64,000 nt of DNA from positions 783,566 to 847,565 of the forward strand of contig MU053365.1 of the NCBI GenBank assembly GCA_013239625.1, in the 5' to 3' direction. Source of the stretch: Lama guanicoe (Eukaryota). Within the stretch, counting starts at the first letter, position 1. Each line of letters opens with the position of its first letter. The translations under genes were made by a program, and so were the position numbers. The notes beneath the pieces were generated by a model, which worked only from the letters and a program-made list of their open reading frames with translations, ran no database searches and was not told the origin of the DNA. Shown piece by piece: positions 50,619 to 63,686 of the stretch.

Positions 50619-51057
50619 GTTCTTTAAGTATAGTTGATTTATGATATTGCATTAGTTTTGGGTATATAGCATAGTGATTCAGGATTTTTTTCCTGCCGAT
50701 TATATTCCATTATAGGTTATTACAAGATTGGGGTATAATTCCTTATGCTATATAGTAAATCCTTGTTGCTTATCTATTTTATGTATAGTAGTTTGTATCT
50801 ATTAATCCCAAACTCCTACTTTGTCCTTCCCCCACCTCCCTCTCCCGTTTGGTAACCATAAGTTTGTTTTCTATATCTGTGAGTCTGTCTCTATTTTGCA
50901 TATAGATTCATTTGTATTTTTTTAGATTCCACATATAAGTGATATCATATAGTATTTGTCTTTCTTTGTGTGACGTATTTCACTAAACATAATATTCTCT
51001 AGGTCCTTCCATGTTGCTGCAAATGGCAATAGTCCATTCTTTCTTATGGCTTAGAAA
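50619..51057 (-). mobile_element. 5'-truncated artiodactyl-type L1 3' end with TSD
   Basis: tttggtaaccataagtttgttttctatatctgtgagtctg...ttagattccacatataagtgatatcatatagtatttgtc. TSD CTAGAATGCAACT at 50606-50618 and 51058-51070. Confidence 0.93.
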
Positions 51058-53009
51058 CTAGAATGCAACTTTTAAAGCATTTCACCCAAATCTCTATATC
51101 TGACAGGTATTTTTATTTGAAAAATAGAACAAAAATGAGTAACACAGGGAAATTAAGAAAATGGAGGTCAACTTTTTTTTCTTCTGGTCTCTTAACTTTA
51201 CATTCTCTCTACTGTTTCAGCAAGATTGGCCTCTTTTTTTCACTGCTGCAACGTCGGCTAGGTAACTTTTGTAATGTAACAGCTCCATATAGAAGACGTA
51301 CATGCTTCTTGGCTTAAGTCTGCTGGTGCGTGCATGATTCAACACCGAATGGCGATTGCAGCCAACTCTCGATTACCCATAAAGGGGAGACGAATTGTAG
51401 TACAGAGAACTCAAGATGTCTGAGAAGCCCAGAGTCATTTCTGTGTGGCTTTGGAAGTGTACTATCTTAGCTTAGAACACTCTATCTTTTCGTTTATCCT
51501 ACTTTCCTAATTCTGTTTAACATTTTTAACTTTAGTCAGTATCCTCACTAAACGAGACTGTACATAATTCCAGTCAGTGGGGAAAGATGGTCTGGGAGAA
51601 AGGTGAATAGGGTTGTGGGAAGCTGATGTAGGCATTAAAAAGTGAATGCAAACAGTTCGCACAAAAGATAAGGCCTATGTGGAGAGCTGAGAGCTGACTC
51701 TTGGATACTACACGCAGAAGGCGAGAGTTATGCCCGCTCACCCTTGTCATGACTTCATATCTGTGGAGAGAGCCTTACCATCTCCAGAAAGCACAAAATA
51801 TTTCTCTATGTATCTAAGTTCCTCATTGCATTATTTTGCCTATGATCATTTATACCTAAAAATGACATATTCCACTAAGGAGCAAAGTGAAACCAAAAAC
51901 ATCAAGAAAAAACTGTACTATTAGCATTAGGCAATGAAAGCCTTCAAATGAGATTCTGCTTAAAGGTAAGTCGGTGAAGATTTAAATAAGCTCAGCCAGA
52001 ATTCCAAACATAGAAGGGAAATAAGGTTCAATACTCTTTGCATAAGCAGGGGAGATTTTTACGAATAAAAGCACATCCTGCATTATGTGTGCTTCTGCAA
52101 AGTGTTTAAATTCTGTGGCTTAGATAGCTGTGTAAAGCTTGAAGAGAAAAAGGTAAACTCGACTCGGGTCATGGCTGTCTACCGGGGCCTTTTCAATGCC
52201 AGATAATCCAAACCCAAGGCAGCCATGCCTCCCAGTGCTTGCACTCTGCCTCTCGTGTTCTATTCTAGCTAGCGTGGTCTCAAATTATCAGGGTGGATGC
52301 CGGAACTGGGGTTTCCTTTGTTACCAGATCCATGGGTTAGCTTGAAATTCCTCCTGTCCAGTTTTCAATTTCTTTTAATTAACTTTTCCAGCTATGATTC
52401 CTAGGTACTTGAATATGTAAAATTATCAGAAGCTACATTCAAGAAGGCACAACATCAAAGGAGAGACAGAGGCATGGTAAAATTGCCTATAGAAATATAA
52501 ATCAATTAGAGGAACTGTCTGTTGGAATCAGAGGGCAGCACAGAGCTTAGCTGCCAAAACAATTCCAGGCTTAAGGGTTTACCGTATCTTTTATTCCAGT
52601 GACACACCGATCTTTGGATTAAGCCTCCTTTCAAAAACAGTATCCAAGATGTTCTTGGAGATTTCTTGTCACTGAGGGGCTGATGCCTGACATATTTATT
52701 TCATAAAGTAAGAAATAACACCATGTGAAAATAGCTCGAATGAGTGTTATCTAGCTCGTTTCCTGGCAATGAAATGACCCTGCCTTGTTTTGTTCTGGGA
52801 AACCTGCCAGGTGAGCTCTGAAAGGCGAGCAGGGCTGAGGTGACTGTCCTGGCTGGGAGGTTCATTCTGACACATACAATGGGGCTGCTCAAGTCCTGGG
52901 CGGAGACGGAGGCCCAGCAGGAGGCACACAGTGTGCTTCTCATCGTATGGTGGAGACCGACTTAGTCCGACTTCATCGAGATCTGGGCTCACACAGTCCC
53001 TCTAGGCCT

Positions 53010-53140
53010 TCACACCCGGAGACCTGGTGGGAATCCTAGCGCTGTCACTTGCTAGCCTTGTGACCTTGGGTAAGCTACTACACCTTCCTCGGCTTCACAT
53101 CCCTCATCTATAAAGTAAGGGTAATAGTAGTTAGTCTCAC
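53010..53140 (+). mobile_element. MIR SINE
   Basis: gaatcctagcgctgtcacttgctagccttgtgaccttgggtaag...ctcatctataaagtaagggtaatagtag. Confidence 0.8.
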
Positions 53141-53771
53141 GTGTGAATCTCAGGCCTTAAAACACAGGGGTGCAAAATTTGTGACTTCTTTTGCTATGAA
53201 TCAACTTAATTCCTTTTTCTGATCCCCATTTTGCTCGGTGGCAGACACATCATCCCAGTCAGTTCAGGGGTGCTCTCTCCTCACCTAGCTTTGGGGTTCC
53301 AGGGAGAAGTACCTCCAGTCCTCAGCAGGCACCATCTTCCCCTGCCAGCACCCACACAAGCTGCCACTGCTCCGGCCCTCATGCCCCACTGTGGGCCCTC
53401 TCCCCATTCTGGTTCTTTCTCAGCTCCGAACTCTGCCTCAACTGCCTCTCTGCACCACTCTGCAGCTGAGGGGGCTATAAGGCTGTCTCTGGGACTTCAG
53501 TCTAGGGCTCCCCTCAGGGGTTTCTAGTCTTTTTCTCCGGAGCCATGCTGGGCTTGGAGGGAAACCACCCCGAGGCTTGCTACTGCCCCGCTCACCACCG
53601 CAAAGTGCAGCACAAGTCACATCTGTTCTTGGAATCCCAGAACCTGCCCTCAGTTCCCATAACCCTATGCTTTCCCCGTCCCCAACCTCTGAGCTGGGGG
53701 TTGGGATCTGCATCTCAGGGACAGACCCTCTTGCTTCCGCTCACTCTCTATCCTTTCCTCCCACCTAAGGA

Positions 53772-53992
53772 CAGTTAGCATTTATACAATGAAGGCTGTT
53801 ATTACGTGCCGGGTACTGTTCTAAACACTTTACAAACTGAATTCTCAGAATAGCCCAGTGAGGTGGGTACTACTGTTATGTTATGACCATTTTGCACAGA
53901 GAGGTTAAGGGCCTTGCCCAGGGCCATGCAGGTCGTATGTGGTGGAGTTGGGATTTAAATTCACGCAGCTCGTTTCCAACAGTCGTGCTCCA
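53772..53992 (-). mobile_element. MIR SINE
   Basis: ttacgtgccgggtactgttctaaacactttac...gcacagagaggttaagggccttgcccagggcc. Confidence 0.82.
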
Positions 53993-56744
53993 CCTCTCAG
54001 AGAATATTTATGCAGGGGGTAGGTGATGGGGAACTGATTTGGAAATTCAAAAGCCATGAATTTGGCTCTCATTTCCTTTTCACTTCTGTGGTAGCATCCT
54101 TTCCCTGGGGCAATGAAGAGGCCCCGATAAGAGCACTACGACGTACGCGTGCCCTGCGGGCGGGGTAGTCGGTCACACTTCACAGTCAGTAGTCTGCCCT
54201 ACTCTTCCAGCACGGATAAGGGGGAGAAGCTCATTAAATGTTCGTTCCCATCTCCTCCTTCAAATGCTCTATCATGGAGTTTACGCTCAGAATAGCAGCT
54301 TGTTCCACACAAAACTAACTCATATCTACATGCAGTGTTTTAACATTAATATTGAATATTTTAACAACAAGATTCTGCTTGCTTGCCTTATATATTTGTC
54401 CTTCAATTAAAGAAAGCATTGAGCTCATGCCCCCATCACTCTCCTTATCATTTTATGAGAAACTTAGACAAGAGGGTGAGTTATAACAAAAGCCGCTGTG
54501 TTGTCTTTTCTGGGTCCGGTCAGTTGGAGAGATTGGCACAGATACAAACATGGGACCCTGCACCTAGGAGGCCCTCAAAAATAGTCATGAATTGATTGTG
54601 AGAAACCAAAAAGGAGGGAAGATGTCAAATGAGGAGATCGTACAGGCCACACGCCTGGTGAGCTGTCACACGTGGCCCTGCGTGGCATCTGTGATCTCCA
54701 AGGTTTCAGGGTCCATATCCTCCACTTTGAAGGCTTGATGCCCTTGTCTTCCTAGAATAACCCCAGAGGGGCAGGTAGGATTTCAGCAAATGTTTTTTGA
54801 TGGAGACAGTGTTGTGTTTATATCACATATAACAGCTGAGTGGTCAATAGACTGCCACCCCAAATTTTACAGCTGTCCGTTTTGGTTATTTTGTGAGAAT
54901 GCCATAGATGACTGAGTCGTGTGTCCTCGGGTCCTGGATGAACCGATGGTGGTAAAACACTGGCATCTTGGAGAGTCCCGTCATTTTCTCATAGCTTTAG
55001 AGATCCGATCACATCACAGAAGAAGTGATGACTTTTAGAGCTTCAGAGAAGAACAGAATGCTACCACCAGCTCGAAATGCAGGTACACACCTCTGCCAAC
55101 TCCCCATTACAATTCTCCGTCTCTCAAATGGAGATTAAATGCCGTGCCAAAATGTGTCATCTGGCGTTGCGTTTTTGTAATGTGGACAAATGTCGACAAA
55201 ATTCACATGGAGGCTCAAAAATCTAACTATTTATGAGTTAAAATTAAATTTAAGTTTTACCCTGGGTAGAAGCTTTAATGGCTAAAGCTGGATTCACTGT
55301 GCCGTTATCCAAACAGCTGCCCGTCCTTCCTGCAATCAGCAGTTAAAGGGAGAAGGGAGACAGCGCCGTCCTTAAGGAGCTGCCGTGCAGACCGGCTGGC
55401 CTCCGCGCTTTATGTGTGTCATCCCAGAGCTGATAGCAGCGGAATGGGATGACTTCAGACTGTCTACACTGGAGGCAATTGTTACATTTCAATCAATCTT
55501 ACAGATCCAGTCACCATTTTGGCAGGCATAAACAACTTATATTCTGTCTGCAATATGTGTGTGTGCCTCACTATGTTAACCTGGATCTGTCTCTATCCCC
55601 CCGATCCACATAGCTTCCCCCCTCAGGACCTCAGACCTTTAGCCAGGAAGCAGAGGAAATCAAAATCTGCCTGTGTTCAGTCCTCTCCAAACTGGACTGT
55701 TATCACTACACTGGGCGGTATGCCAGCAACCAGTATATATTCCAAATTCCAGCCGACTGGCTATCTGATTCTCCTGATTTACATTCACATTTTCCTAAGA
55801 AAGTGCACCCCATATGCCTGTGTATACAGTAGTTTCAATGAACTGAATTAGCTACAATAGGTGCAGTATTTAATTTATTTTGCTACCATGGACCCCAGTC
55901 CAATGGGTCAGTTACAGGATAACATTGTCTCTCTACGGGGAGAACTTGGCTAGATGGACAAAATAACCAGTCTTGGAAAGTTGTTTACAGAAAACTGGCC
56001 CACAGTAAGGTGAGAAGATTATAGCTTGGAGCTGGTATGCCCAGCATTTTGTCCCAAGAATCTAGCCCTGCCACTGGCCATGTCAGGTATAGACAATCAA
56101 TCTCTGAGTTTGCACAGAGAAACACTGCAAACTGAAAGGCTCCAGATATTTCATCATTAATATTATATCAAGTATTGATTGAAAATCTCTGTTTCATCTG
56201 TTATGGACTCCCTAGGTTCACAATGGCCAATTCCAACATTTTTTCAAGCTGCCAACTCTACAGACCCTTCTCAGTTGACAATTTCATGCACTAATTTACC
56301 AATATGAGCTTCTTAACTTTCTTCCTATTCATCCCAGAATTCCTCTCTGCCTTACCCATCTTTTCCAGTATCTCTCTTTCTCTCTCTTTTAAATCCTTCT
56401 CTCCAACTCTACTCCCTCGTTGCCTCCTTACTCCTTAACTCTCTCAGTAGAGGTTTATGTTCTCAACATGCTCCTGAAATTTCTCTTCCTCATCAAGCTT
56501 GACTTTGCCTGATTCAATGTGGTCTCCCATATTGACCCATGATAATGTTAGCATACCCTGTTCCCTTCCAGAAACTTCTTTTCCCTTGGCTCTGGCAATC
56601 CTATACTGAAGTATTCAGATTCTCCTCTTACTCTTTGAGGGCTCCTTGTTTTTTTTTTACTGCTTCCTCTTCCAAGGCTTTGTACTTCCACCTCTTTTCT
56701 CTTCTTCTTAATAAGCAAGAATATCTAAACTTTTAAATAAATGG

Positions 56745-56905
56745 ACAAGTTTCAGAGAGTTCCAGGAAACCTCTGTGCGTTTATGCCAAATTGTGTTTGC
56801 ATGTGCACCTGTGTGCCTGTGTGTTCACTGGGGTGACAGGGTCCATGGCTTTCATCAGATTTGAAAAGGGTCCATGATCCTGCACAAAATAGTAAGAACT
56901 CCTGT
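56745..56905. mobile_element. hAT-Charlie-derived non-autonomous fragment
   Basis: agggtccatggctttcatcagatttgaaaagggtccatga...taagaactcctg terminus. Confidence 0.6.
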
Positions 56906-57684
56906 TCTAGACTGCCTCCTTGGGCAATTTCATCACCCTCCAAGGCTGAAATAATTGCCTTCCAAATCTCAGTCTTCCACCTGATCTTCCTCCTAATCTT
57001 CAGTCCTTTAAGTCTAACTGACTCTTAATGTTTCCTCCTGGTATGCAGTCCGACTAAGCCTTAGCAAATAGAGCCTCTGCAGAGCCCAAACCAAGCAGCC
57101 TCACTTTACTAGCCTTCCTCGCCAGGCGCACATTTGGCAGCTCTGTACAAAACAGAAAGAGTGCCTCCTTCAGGTAGGCCCAGCACCGTGGGTACATGGC
57201 TTAGTAATGGGATGGTACTTTTGTGTGACTTTTGTTGACTTTTCCATGAGTACTCGCATCATGCCAAGCCTGCATGCAGGCTTCTAGGCAAGAATCTTGG
57301 TCTGATTATCAAGACCCTCCGTGATCTGGTCTAACCTTATGCTTTTAGCATTTTATCTAAATCCTCTCTGCTAATCCCCTCCACTACTGCCTCCACTCCA
57401 GCCAGGCTGGTCTGCCCACTGCTGCCTGCATACACAGTACGCATTCCTTCCTCTGCACACTTGTTCACCATATTTTACCTACCTAGAATCTCTGCCTCCT
57501 CAAACATGTGCGACCGAGTCCTCTATCTGTTCACATCGTCGCTCTAGCTCTTCTTCTATGGAACACGCTCTAACCACCCCAGTGCTCATTAACTTCACTT
57601 CTCGCACGAGCCTGTAGCCCTTACTGTCTGCGTCGCACGGCTGGCCAGAAGTACTCCTTGGTCTCTGACTCCTAGTGCAGTGCC

Positions 57685-57882
57685 CTAGGGCCTTACTGCT
57701 CCACGTGGGGTCCATGGACCAAAAGCTTGGGTATCACTTGGGAGCTGGTTAGAAATGCAGATTCATACACCCCACTCTGGACCTACCAAAAACAGAATCT
57801 GCATAAAATGTTAAAACATAAAAAAGTTAAAAAGAAGATGATTCAGATGATTCTTATGAATGATAGAGTTTGGAAGGCACTG
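57685..57882. mobile_element. MER5A-like hAT MITE
   Basis: tggggtccatggacc...atcacttgggagctggttagaaatgcagattc...cagaatctgcat...tttggaaggcactg. Confidence 0.8.
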
Positions 57883-59349
57883 CCGTGTACTATGCGTTTG
57901 GAGTTGTTAAAATGTCTTAGTTTCCGTCCTTGAAAGTTTCCTATCTTTCACGACTTTTTGCTTTCTTGTCATGCCTTCTCTGTCCACTATTGTTTCTTCG
58001 AATCCTACATATTCTACAAAGATTCTCCTATTTCTCCCCCCTCCTCCCCAAAATAAGATCTCTCTTCTTTGAATTACTGTGGTGCTTTACCATTATTGCT
58101 TATTTTCCACATGTATCTTGTATTAGAGTGTTTTGTGTGCAGAGGTATTAACTCTCCTGCTAGATAATAAGCTCTTTGAGAACAAGAAGGGATTCTGTTC
58201 ATTTCTGTGTCCTTGGCAGTTTCTGGCACAGTTCCTGACACCTAGTAATTAATAATAAATGCTTGTTGAATGAATGAATTAATGAATGAATGAAGGGCTA
58301 ATTTCATTATAAATCTATGTGAATTGTGGAGTTCACTTGAAAAAATGTGACAGATAATTGACCATGGGTCATGCTGATCATAATTGCAATGTTTTTATTT
58401 TTCAAGCCAAATATTAATTATCTAAGCTAGTCATGCTGTTTCTTAATGACTTTTAAACCTGTACCACCACAAATACAAGACTGCATGAATTTTTAACCAT
58501 CTCCAAGTAGTTCATAATTAAACACCAAGTGATTCAACTCATTGAGTCAATGCTTTTGTTTATAGCTTGGTTTTCAGAGACAATCAAGAAATGTTAAAAA
58601 AGCTAACCAAACCACAGAAAACAAAGTCTGAGGATCAAAAAGTACAAAATAGTATCTCACCACCAATTCTGGGTCTGGATGACTAGTAATGAAAGGGAAA
58701 AGTTCAGTAGCCACTCAAGTTAATCAATACAGTGACTCACCTACCCAACAAACTCCAGATGAATCAGAGGCCTCTTAGTTTCAAAGTTTATGACTCATGT
58801 CTCTTGATCTCTATGGACCTAATCACAGAAACTAAATGTAGCGGGGGAAACTAAATAGTCCAAATCCAATCTTTCAGCAAGAATGAAAAAAAGAGACTTT
58901 CAAAATTGGAAGAAGTCACCTTCTTTTACAGGCTTACCAATTGAACCCATCTTTCTCCAGCTACAAATGACTAGAACCATCTGCAGAAGAGAGATTAGTT
59001 TGTAACCAGTTTCTGCTTTTGTCATAAGCCACACTTCAGTTTCTTTTAGACATCAGAATGATGCCGCCTTCAATTAGAAAGTAATTCTCTTCATAGAAGG
59101 TGTTTTGATAGTATTTTGTTTACTGACCATCCCCGCTTTGGAAGATGATTTACCTATAAGACTGACTTTTGAGAAGAAACCTAGAACAATTGGTTACCCA
59201 AACATGGAAGTCCTCTATAACCCATAGGTCTACTGCTCTAGATTCTCCATTCAGAACACACACAGATCCCACTAATTCAGCTGCTAATGAGGGAAGCCAA
59301 GGAAGCAGGAAGCACTGGTAGGAGCTGGACTTTATGAACGACAGGGAGG

Positions 59350-59540
59350 CAGTAGAGCACAGTGACTGGAAACCTGGTGTTGAAATTAGACAGGAGTGCA
59401 AATCCTGATGTGCCATTTTAATGTGTGGCTGACACTGGGTAAGTTCCTGGCCTGTGAAGTGGGGATTTTAACAGTGCCTGCAGGCTTAAGTGACAAAATA
59501 TGTAAGGTGCTAATCAAAGCACCTAGCACTAGTGAGCTCT
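59350..59540 (+). mobile_element. MIR SINE
   Basis: caaatcctgatgtgccatttt...tgacactgggtaagtt...ctgtgaagtgggg...tgtaaggtgct...gcacctagcac. Confidence 0.7.
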
Positions 59541-60199
59541 CCAAATGGAGGCTTTCCTACTTGTTTACATAGCTGTTTGTAAGGCAGACCCCCTCCTCTA
59601 TGGATTCTTCCAGCAGCAGCATCCTTTGGAGGATCATTTGATTGCTCATCATCTGTACCTTTCTCTAGGCTGCCGCCTTTCTCTCCCTCTTCATGTCCCC
59701 ACTCTGCTTTAACCAACATCTGGTCTTCCTCTTGCTCCTTTAGATATTCCACCTGGCCACAACCCTCCCTAGCTTGAGCTGATGTTGCTGGTAACTGATC
59801 TTCCCTCTAATCCTCCTCCCCCTCTAGACCTCCTTCCCTAGCTTCTAGACCTAACTTCCCTAATCACTTCTCTAACCAAAGCCCTTAACCCCAAGAAGAT
59901 GAAGAAAGGTTCATGAAGACGAGCATAAGGCATCTAGTGCAATGCTCGCAAAGCGCGTTCTGCAGAAGCTAATCTCGCAAGTTCTTCTGCAAGAAAAGAT
60001 AGGTTTTTCTGGTTAAATAATTTTGGAAAGTTTTGCATACTATTTACGTCTGGAAATTCCACAGTGCATCTTCGTATTTAGAGAATTACACAAACCAAGT
60101 TAAGCAGAGCACTGTTCAACTCTGTTAACAGGAAGACATTTTTGTCTTCTGGAAATACCAGTGTAGTGGAAAGTGGGATGGGTAAGGAGACTTGCATTA

Positions 60200-60535
60200 T
60201 GGTCCAGTTCATATTTGTTACTGAGAGTGGCAGTCAGAATGCCTACAATAACTTACAATCCTCGAACCCCAATAGCTCATGCTAATATTAGCAGACATTG
60301 TTGCAAACATGGCCAGTCACTATGGCAAAGGGAAAAGAGAGTTCTACAGAGTAGGACATTGATAACTAAGTGCCCAGCCCAGAATTGGTATGTGTCACTT
60401 CCACTAAATACTTATTGGTGACTATCAGTCATCTGGCTTCACACAACCGTAAAGCCAGGAAGGGCCACCCCAGCACTCACACGTGAGGGGGAGAAGTAGA
60501 AACATTTGGTGAACAGTATTAATGACTACCACACT
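60200..60535. mobile_element. Old MaLR LTR fragment (MLT1-like)
   Basis: aagtgcccagcccagaattggtatgtgtcacttcc...cttattgg...aaacatttggtgaacagtattaatgactaccaca. Confidence 0.55.
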
Positions 60536-61939
60536 GAACTTCAATGTTGACATCTGTAAAATGGGGAGAAAAAGAACCTCTTGTGAAGATCAAATGAAAT
60601 AAAAATTGGAAGTCTTTGTAAAGTGGGAAATACTCTATCTCTTTGAAGGATCATTATCAAGGCAGCTCATGGGGTCTTTGCTTTCAGATCAAGATGAGAA
60701 CATGAGCCACAGACAAATGGTGTGGAAGGGTAGGTAGCAAGGATGCTGAAAAGCAGAGCAGGATTAATAAGGATGGGGGCCCAATAAGACAAAGTTATGG
60801 ATAACGACCAAACAAATGGCAGCAATGAGAATTATCTAGAAAATCACAAAGCAGAAATTCGCTAGACAAAACTAAGCTTCAGTCCACTGTGTCCAAAAGA
60901 CCACGTTGTGAAAATGAGTATATCTCCATTAATAATGTTTTACCATAATTGCTCATTGAATTAAACCACAAAGGAAATCCTGTTTTTATTCAGAAATATG
61001 ATCTTCATAAACAAGTCTTCCTCAAGCAGATGCTAGATGTTGTTTCCACTTGCAAAAGGTATTAACTGTCATCTATCCTTCTTTTTCCCCTCACATAGAA
61101 GTTACACAATGAAAGCCTTTCAAGAAGGAATACACTTGTGACACTGAATTTTTTTACACTTTAGAGTCGAGTCCAATAATCTGGATTCAGGAAATGCTAT
61201 GGTTCTGTTCCATTTGTCATCATTCATTCCTCCCCTAACAAACATGATCTGTATTGGCTTGAAAATGATGTATATTTAAGGCTCAATCCTAACTTGAATA
61301 TTGATTATGATAGATGCATCGGAAGCACGTAGAAGGGATTTTTCTCTAGAAATTTGGAAAATCCTACTTGTAATCATGTCTTTCATATTAACAAATACAC
61401 ATCAACTTTTTTTGTTTCAATAATGTCTTAAATGTTCCAAATAAGGAGGACACTCCTGATGTGTCTGGGCCATTCAGGGACTAGAGATTGCCCAGTGGAC
61501 AGCATCACAGAGTTTGAATCTGGACAGACAGGCCCTTTAGCTCTGTCCATGAATAGTCACAGGCCAAGACCACAAACAACTGCACGGACCATGAGGGGAT
61601 TAAATGCACAGGGAAGAGGCAAAGGTGGAAAGGAGGTAAATAAAACAGTGCCAATGGCGGTAGAAAGTCCCCTCAAGATGTGAAAAATAATAAAGGAACG
61701 CTGTAAGTCAGAAGTTTAGTTCAAGGGAGACTTGAGGTCATCTGTTGAGAGTCGTTTCTGTCAAAGCACCAAATGTCACAGTGACACTAGTCATCTAGTG
61801 GAAAAGGTTAAGGGTACCACGGAGAAGCCACCAAAAGCCGAAATGTGGTCAGTACAAAACTCAGGAATATCTATAGGAAAACAAAAACAAATAGCATCTT
61901 ACAAAGGGAAAAAAAAATTAGAGGAGTCTGGCATCCCAT

Positions 61940-62467
61940 AAAACGTTATCAGACACGCAAAGGAGAAAAATAATACCATCATGAGGAGAAAAGTCAACCA
62001 ACTGACCTGACCCAGAAGTAACAAGGATGACAGAACTAGTAGATCAGGACATTAAAACTGCATTTCACCTGTTCAAGAAGCCAGAGGAAACACTGCACAT
62101 GTCAAATAGAGACACGGAACCCATGAAAAAGATCCCAACGGAACTTCCAGAGATGAAAATGATGATGCATGAAATGAAACAAACCTTGGCTTAAGATTGA
62201 CAGCAGGTTAGACATGGAATGAGAAGAGATGAACACATTTGCTAGACTTAGAAATGAGAATCATCCAAAATGAAACACAGAGAGAAGGAATCACCCCCAA
62301 AGTAAACAGACCACCAGTGAGCTGTGAGACGACTTCAAGCTGCCTAATATCTGCGTAATTGGAGTCCCCAAAGGGAAAGAGAGGAGTTGCAGGGAAAAAA
62401 ACTGATGAATTAATCATCAAAAAATTCCTAATTTTGATGAAAAGTATAAGCCCACACATCCAAGAAA
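61940..62467 (+). mobile_element. Ancient L1M ORF1 fragment
   Basis: gaacttccagagatgaaaa...cagtgagctgtgagacgacttcaagctgcctaatatctgcgtaattggagtccc (N-I-x-V-I-G-V-P motif of the ORF1 RRM). Confidence 0.85.
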
Positions 62468-62474
62468 AGGGCTA

Positions 62475-62690
62475 TTGAACAATCCAGGTGAGAGTTAATT
62501 GTAATTTAAATTAGAGGAGTCGCAGTGAAGGTAGTTAGAATTGGTCAGATTCTAGACATATTTTGAGAATAAAGCCAATAGGATTCCTTGATGTTTTGGA
62601 TTTAGATTGTGTGAAAGGATTCAAGAAATCACTCCAAAAGTTTTGGCCAGAGGAACTAGAAGGCTGAAACATGGCAAATGACTTTCATTT
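62475..62690 (-). mobile_element. L2 fragment
   Basis: aatccaggtgagag...tggtcagattctagacatattttgag...ggattccttgatg. Confidence 0.7.
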
Positions 62691-63643
62691 GAGAGGGACC
62701 CTGTTGTAATAGGAACCATCAGCTCAGACCTAAGCTGACAATTTCTCAACTTTCTGATTTAGAAACCTATTTCTGTGTTAGTTTTTACCACTAGCCTTTG
62801 GTAACCAGAGCAACAATAAATCGTTAAGATGAAAATTACTCACAAAGTCTTTCTGGGGAGACTTCAAGCTCCAACTTCCAAAATGGTTCTTGAATGGGAA
62901 TTTCTAGAACTTTTCCATCAAACCAGGCTCTCAGCCCACTTGCAGACAGAATGGATTCTCATCAAAGATACAGCTATCTAAGCATCCAGATGTTGTGGTT
63001 TGCCATTTCATAATTAGAACTCCGTTCTTAGAAACAGAGAGGACACTAGAATGCTGTGTACATTTCAGCTGCCAGCAGCCAACCAGAATGCAGTGTCCAG
63101 GGCTTACTTTTGCTGCTACCTATTGGCTGCAGTGGAATGGTTTCCCAACATCATTTGCGACACTGGAACATTCTCTGCTTCCAGATCTTGCCTGGATGTG
63201 TCCAGGAACTCATGTGTTAACTGCCAGATTAGTAGGAATAGAAGAATGGCGGGGGACATATCTTTTTTAGGTGAACTAACTTCGTAAATGGGATTCAGGG
63301 ATGACAGAGGAACAGAAAAAATTAAGCATCATGGTATTTCATTGGCAATATAATTTATAAATGGACAACATGACTGACATATTTCTCATCATTAAAGAAA
63401 GGTAAGAAAAAGAGTTAGTTGGATTGTTCTTTACTAATTGAATGAAAAGGCAATTTTAAAGGAAAATGCATAATCTTGCTAGATGGAAGCCTCCCTTCTG
63501 TTTTGGATTCAGAGCCCGTGCTTTGAGAAAGTCTTCCTGGAACTTCAGTATTAACTCATCGAAAGAATGAGGTCCCGGAGAGCATTCTTTCTACTCTATA
63601 ACAAATGCAAGTTGGTCTGTGGTAAGGGGCTGACATACTAACA

Positions 63644-63686
63644 TGAATATAGCTATTTTTTTTCGTTTTTTGAATATAGCTATTTT
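63644..63686 (-). repeat. 16-bp direct repeat flanking an 11-nt T-rich insert (candidate poly(A)-only retrotransposition scar)
   Basis: TGAATATAGCTATTTT at 63644-63659 and 63671-63686 around TTTTCGTTTTT. Confidence 0.7.

Larger units (their letters stand above)
56380..58294 (+). mobile_element. Fragmented L2 LINE ending in a (TGAA)n tail, interrupted by hAT elements
   Basis: Pyrimidine-rich L2 body; 3' end tagataataagctctttgagaacaag...aataaatgcttgttgaatgaatgaattaatgaatgaatgaa. Confidence 0.7.

Noticed and set aside
50067..51971. The duplicated units as members of the X-linked miR-506/514-type cluster
   Set aside because: Neither copy forms a long hairpin, and that cluster lies on the SLITRK2 side of FMR1.
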